Assembly: GCA_028826165.1 (NCBI GenBank)
Contig: JAPDFW010000065.1
Coordinates: forward strand, 62,001 to 126,000
Reading direction: 5' to 3'
DNA: 64,000 bases
Origin: Anaeramoeba ignava BMAN
Taxonomy: Eukaryota > Protista > Anaeramoebae
The notes beneath the pieces were generated by a model that saw only the letters and a program-made list of their open reading frames with translations, did not search any database and was not told where the DNA came from. Positions 58,885 through 64,000 of the stretch are shown here, one piece after another. The first letter of the stretch is position 1. The number at the start of each line of letters is the position of its first letter. The position numbers were made by a program, and so were the translations under genes.

Positions 58885-61161
58885 ATGAAATTAAGTGATG
58901 TAGTTGATACAGTAGCACCATCAGCAATAGGATTAAAATGTGTTTCACTTGGAATATTTGCAATGATATATTTAACTGTTGCAATATTTGCAGCTTTTGT
59001 TCTTTATCAAGATTTATCAGTAAAAATTAAGGTATCAAAACTAAGAACAAAATACCAAGCTGCAATTTTAAGTTTAGCTTTTGGATTAATGTTTATTCGG
59101 TTTATTTTATTATTTTTTCATATTCATTGGAAATCATTATTTAATCTTTTATTTTGGTGTTATGTTATTCCTTTAACTTTTCAATTTGCTACGTAAAACA
59201 AAAATGAATCCAAAAATAATTTTAATAATAAATTTAATAATTATTTTAATAATAAATTTAATAATAAATTTAATAATAATTTTAATAATAAATTTAATAA
59301 TAATTTTAATAATAAATTTAATAATAATTTTAATAATAATTTTAATAATAAATCCAAAAATAATTTAATAATTAATTTAATAATTAATTTAATAATAAAT
59401 TTAATAATAATTTTTATAATAATTTTAATAATAAATATAATAATAATTTTAATAATAATTTTAATAATAAATTTAATAATAAATTTAATAATAAATTTAA
59501 TAATAAATATAATAATAAATCCAAAAATATTTTAATAATTAATTTTAATAATAATTTTAATAATAAATTTAATAATAAATTTAATAATAAATTTAATAAT
59601 AAATTTAATAATAATTTTAATAATAAAATTTAATAATAAATTTAATAATAATTTTAATAATAATTTTAATAATAAATTTAATAATAAATTTAATAATAAT
59701 TTTTAATAATAAATCCAAAAAAATAATTTAATAATTAATTTAATAATAATTTTAATAATAAATTTAATAATAATTTTAATAATAATTTTAATAATAAATT
59801 TAATAATAAATTTAATAATAATTTTAATAATAATTTTAATAATAAATTTAATAATAACTTTAATAATAATTTTAATAATAATTTTAATAATAATTTTAAT
59901 AATAATTTTAATAATAAATTTAATAAATTTAATAATAAATTTAATAATAATTTTAATAATAATTTAAATAATAATTTTAATAATAATTTTAATAATAATT
60001 TTAATAATAAATTTAATAATAATTTTAATAATAATTTTAATAATAAATTTAATAATAAATTTAATAATAATTTTAATAATAAATTTAATAATAATTTTAA
60101 TAATAATTTTAATAATAATTTTAATAATAATTTTAATAATAAATTTTAATAATAAATTTAATAATAATTTTAATAATAAATTTAATAATAAATTTAATAA
60201 TAATTTTAATAATAAATTTTAATAATAATTTTAATAATAAATTTAATAATAATTTTAATAATAATTTTAATAATAAATTTAATAATAAATTTAATAATAA
60301 TTTTAATAATAATTTTAATAATAATTTTAATAATAATTTTAATAATAATTTTAATAATAAATTTAATAATAATTTTAATAATAATTTTAATAATAAATTT
60401 AATAATAATTTTAATAATAAATCCAAAAATATTTTAATAATAAATCCAAAAATATTTTAATAATAAATCCAAAAATATTTTAATAATAAATCCAAAAATA
60501 TTTTAATAATCATTTTAATAATAATTTTAATAATCAAATTAGATTTTCATTACTTGTTGTATTTCTTTTAATAATGGTTTTTGCAGTTTTAAGAAAAATT
60601 ATATTACAAAAAAGAGTATTTACATTATATATTATAGCAAATATAATTGTTTTTATTCTTTTGATTATTGCAGTTGCTTTTCAAATGAATTTACCACTAA
60701 ATGATTTTGACAACAGAACATCAACATATGTTGCAATTTCTTATATTTTATTAATTATTGTATTTGTGGCAGCAAGATTTAAAATTTTCTCACATTTAAA
60801 AATGGCACATTTTCCAAATGATATTAAAAAATCAGTTCATAATTTTTTAATTTTAACAACAATTTATTCCGTTATTTATTTTATTCGTTCAATTATGGGA
60901 TTTGTTAGTTTGATAAGTAAAAATTCTAGTTTTTTTAAAATATTTGATCTTGTTAGTGAACATAAAATTGAAGTTCGTTATACTCTTTATGGAATTTTTA
61001 TGCTCATTTTTGAAATTCTTCCAACTTTTTTTTTGATTTTCAGTCTTTTTCGTACAATTAAATATGAAAAATCTCAAATTACTAGAAAAGTTACTATTCA
61101 AGATTCTTTACTTCATGAAATAAGTGATGAAGATGATATAAAAGAACTTTCTGATTCTTAA
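58885..61161 (+). CDS. 7-TM protein of GPR137 / THH1-TOM1-TOM3-like type; exons 58885-59192, 60543-61161
   Basis: About seven hydrophobic segments. Spliced PLTFQFATFSLLVVF, IYFIRS and FEILPT motifs. Acidic C-terminal tail. Confidence 0.7.
59210..60530. repeat. (TAATAATAATTT/TAATAATAAATT)n repeat in the 7TM gene intron
   Basis: About 1.3 kb 12-mer repeat. Confidence 0.92.
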
Positions 61162-61697
61162 ATTTAAATCCAATTTTAATTTTAATTTTAATTTTAATTT
61201 TAATTTTAATTTTAATTTTTTATGAAGAATAAAAAATATTATTTGAAACATAAAAATTAAAAATTAAAAAAAAGTGGAATTAAAAAAAAAAGTGGAATTA
61301 AATTCTTTCTTTTATTGAATTTTAAAAGAAAGATTTTAATTTTTGAAAAAAAAAATTAAAAGAAAAAAAGAATCAAAAAAAAATTAATTTTGATTTAAAT
61401 TTTGAATTGAATTTAATTTGAATTTGATTTAAATTTTGATTTAAATTGGATTTGAATTGATTTTGATTGAAATTTGGAATTTGATTTAAATTTTGAATTT
61501 GATTTAAATTTTGAATTGATTTTGATTGAAATTTTGAATTGAATTTAATTTGAATTTGATTTAAATTTTGATTTAAATTGGATTTGAATTGATTTTGATT
61601 GAAATTTGGAATTGAATTTAAATTTTGAATTTGATTTAAATTTTGATTTAATTGGATTTAAATTGGATTTGATTTTGATTTAAATTTTGATTTGAAT

Positions 61698-64000
61698 TTA
61701 ATCCTTTTTGAGATGATCCCTTTTTAACTTTAAAATTACCCAATGAAGATAAGTCAAATTTTCTGAAAAAGAAGCACAAATTTTTTCCAAATCTTGTAAA
61801 GGAACTTCTTCAGTCTAAAATTAAAAATTAAAATTAAAAATAAAATTAAAATTAAAAATTAAAATTAAAAAATTAAATTTAAAACAAACCAAATTTAAAA
61901 TTGTAATCATTTCATGATTTAAATGAATATAGTTTCTGAATAAATTGAAAAGTGCTAATTGAAAAGGATAGAATAAAGAAGTTAATTTAATTTCAACAAC
62001 TTTTGATTCTTCAAAAGTTAAATTTGTTTCAAGAATTTTGTGTTGTTCTTCAATTTGATTTTGAATTTTTATAAAATTTTCATGTTCTTTGTTGAATTTA
62101 TCAATCATATCAAATTTTTTCTGAACAAAATCATCAAATTGTTGGTTACTTAATTCCTTAAGAGTAGGCTTTAATTTAATGCAACTATCACTTTTTAAAT
62201 TATCAAAAAGAGGAATATAAGAAATTTCTTCATAAATTTGAGGTGTTAGAATGGGAGTATGAAGAATTTTTTCAACAACATTAAATTGAACCATAAGTTG
62301 TGATTTTTCTAATAAATTATTATATAAACTAATGAGTCCATCAAGAAGAGCTAATGCATCCATAATAATTTTTAAATGAGCAATTCTTTCTGTTATTTTT
62401 TGTGTTTTTAATGAACGAATCCATTGTTTTCTGGTTCTTTTAATGTGTATATCTAGTTTTCGGAATTTTGTTTTTCTTTTTAAAAGTTGATTTTTAAGTT
62501 CTTGTTCAGGTTTCAAAAATGAAATGGGAATATAATCAAGAAGTTCAAATAAATTTTCATCAAGAATTTCTTTGTTTGCTTCGATTTCCTTTTGCTCTTC
62601 CTCTTCTTCTTGCTTTCTTCTCAATTCATCTTCTTCTTGTTGTTTTCTTCTTAATTCATCTTCTTCTTGTTGTTTTCTTCTTAGTTCATCTTCTTCTTGT
62701 TGTTTTCTTCTTAATTCATCTTCTTCTTCTTTTTTTCTTCTTAGTTCATCTTCTTCTTGTTGTTTTCTTCTTAGTTCATCTTCTTCTTCTTGTTTTCTTC
62801 TTAATTCATCTTCTTCTTCTTGTTTTCTTCTTAGTTCATCTTCTTCTTCTTGTTTTCTTCTTAATTCATCTTCTTCTTCTTGTTTTCTTCTTAATTCATC
62901 TTCTTCTTCTTGTTTTCTTCTTAATTCATCTTCTTCTTCTTGTTTTCTTCTTAATTCATCATCTTCTTCTTGTTGTTTTCTTCTCAGTTCATCTTCTTCT
63001 TCTTGTTTTCTTCTTAATTCATCATCTTCTTCTTGTTTTCTTCTTAATTCATCTTCTTCTTCTTGTTTTCTTCTCAATTCATCTTCTTCTTCTTGTTTTA
63101 TTTTTAGTTCTTCAATTTGGTGCTGTTTAATATCTTCAATTTGTTGTTTTTGTTCAATATCTTCAATTTTCTTCGATTTGTTGTTGTTTAATATCTTCAA
63201 TTTGCTCAATATCTTCATTTTCTTCAATTTGTTGTTGTTTTTCAATTTCTTCAATTTCAATATCTTTTTTTTCAATATCTTCATTTTCTTCAATTTGTTG
63301 TTGTTTTTCAATTTCTTCAATATTTTCATTATTTTCAATTTCTTCGATTTGTTGTTGTTCATCTTGTTTAATATCTTTAATATCTTCAATTTCTTCAATA
63401 TTTTCATTATCTTTAATATCTTCATTTTCTTCAATATTTTCATTATTTTCAATATCTTCAATTTCTTCAATTTGTTGTTGTTCATCTTGTTTAATATCTT
63501 CAATTTCTTCAACTTGTTGTTGTTTTTCAATTTCTTCATTATTTTCATTATTTTCAATTTCTTCAATTTGTTGTTGTTGTTTTTGTTGTTGTTGTTTTTT
63601 AAGTTGTTCTTCAATTTCTTGTTGTTCATCCTCAATATCAATTATATCCTCTTCAACATCACTTTGATTACTTTCATCAAAATCATTTTCTAAAAATCTT
63701 GGTTGATATTCAATCTCTTTCGTTTTTTCATTTTCAAATTTTGAAATGGGACTTTCTGATAATTCAAGATTAGATAAATCAAGCACTAAATTTGTAATTT
63801 GTTTAAGAACAATCAAAGATGAATAAATATTTCCAAAATTTTCTTCAATTTTTTGCACATTTTCTTTTTCAATCTCTTCTTGTCTTTCAATATATAATTC
63901 TTTTCCAATATAATTTTCTCCAATTGATAAATCCAATATATTTTTTGTTAATTCAAGATTTTGTGGATTTGTAAATTGAATTAAGTTGATGAATAAATTT
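61698..64000 (-). CDS. Partial (5' end outside window) acidic protein with ~15 EEEDELRRKQ repeats; unknown function
   Basis: ORFs 63163-63936 and 61821-63641 join by a one-base shift near 63168. A short intron (~61889-61816) precedes a last exon TEEVPLQDLEKIC...LKKD*. Confidence 0.65.

Noticed and set aside
1-64000. Alternative genetic code, tRNA/rRNA genes or transposons
   Set aside because: Conserved genes end at TAA/TGA and read through with the standard code. No cloverleaf, rRNA, transposase/RT motifs or terminal repeats were recognised.

Overview
Very AT-rich, intron-containing eukaryotic DNA with about 19 protein-coding loci. There are no rRNA, tRNA, CRISPR or transposase signals. The lineage-specific BTB genes, hydrogenosome-type ferredoxin and TCATT initiator-like motifs suggest an anaerobic metamonad protist such as Anaeramoeba (inference only). 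Recognisable genes: BTB-TLDc, a frameshifted RCC1-BTB, [2Fe-2S] ferredoxin, a divergent E2F/DP-like winged-helix protein, SF3B3, syntaxin-6/Tlg1, an FG-GAP membrane protein, CCZ1, NUP205, LRR-PP2C, an SH3-PX-BAR sorting nexin, TMEM181-like, two ankyrin-BTB genes, a CS-Sel1 tail-anchored protein, NBR1-like, SDA1, a GPR137/TOM1-like 7TM protein and a partial acidic repeat protein. The standout is the ankyrin-BTB gene at 48629-53000, which the ORF track mostly misses. Each ankyrin repeat is its own phase-0 exon, and the variable beta-hairpin residues between repeats are encoded by eleven separate single-codon (3-nt) microexons (AG|NNN|GT). A second highlight is a candidate Tom36/ATOM69-type organellar import receptor. 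Many introns are filled with gene-specific simple repeats that avoid AG on the sense strand. All gene models were read manually from the sequence and lack transcript support.
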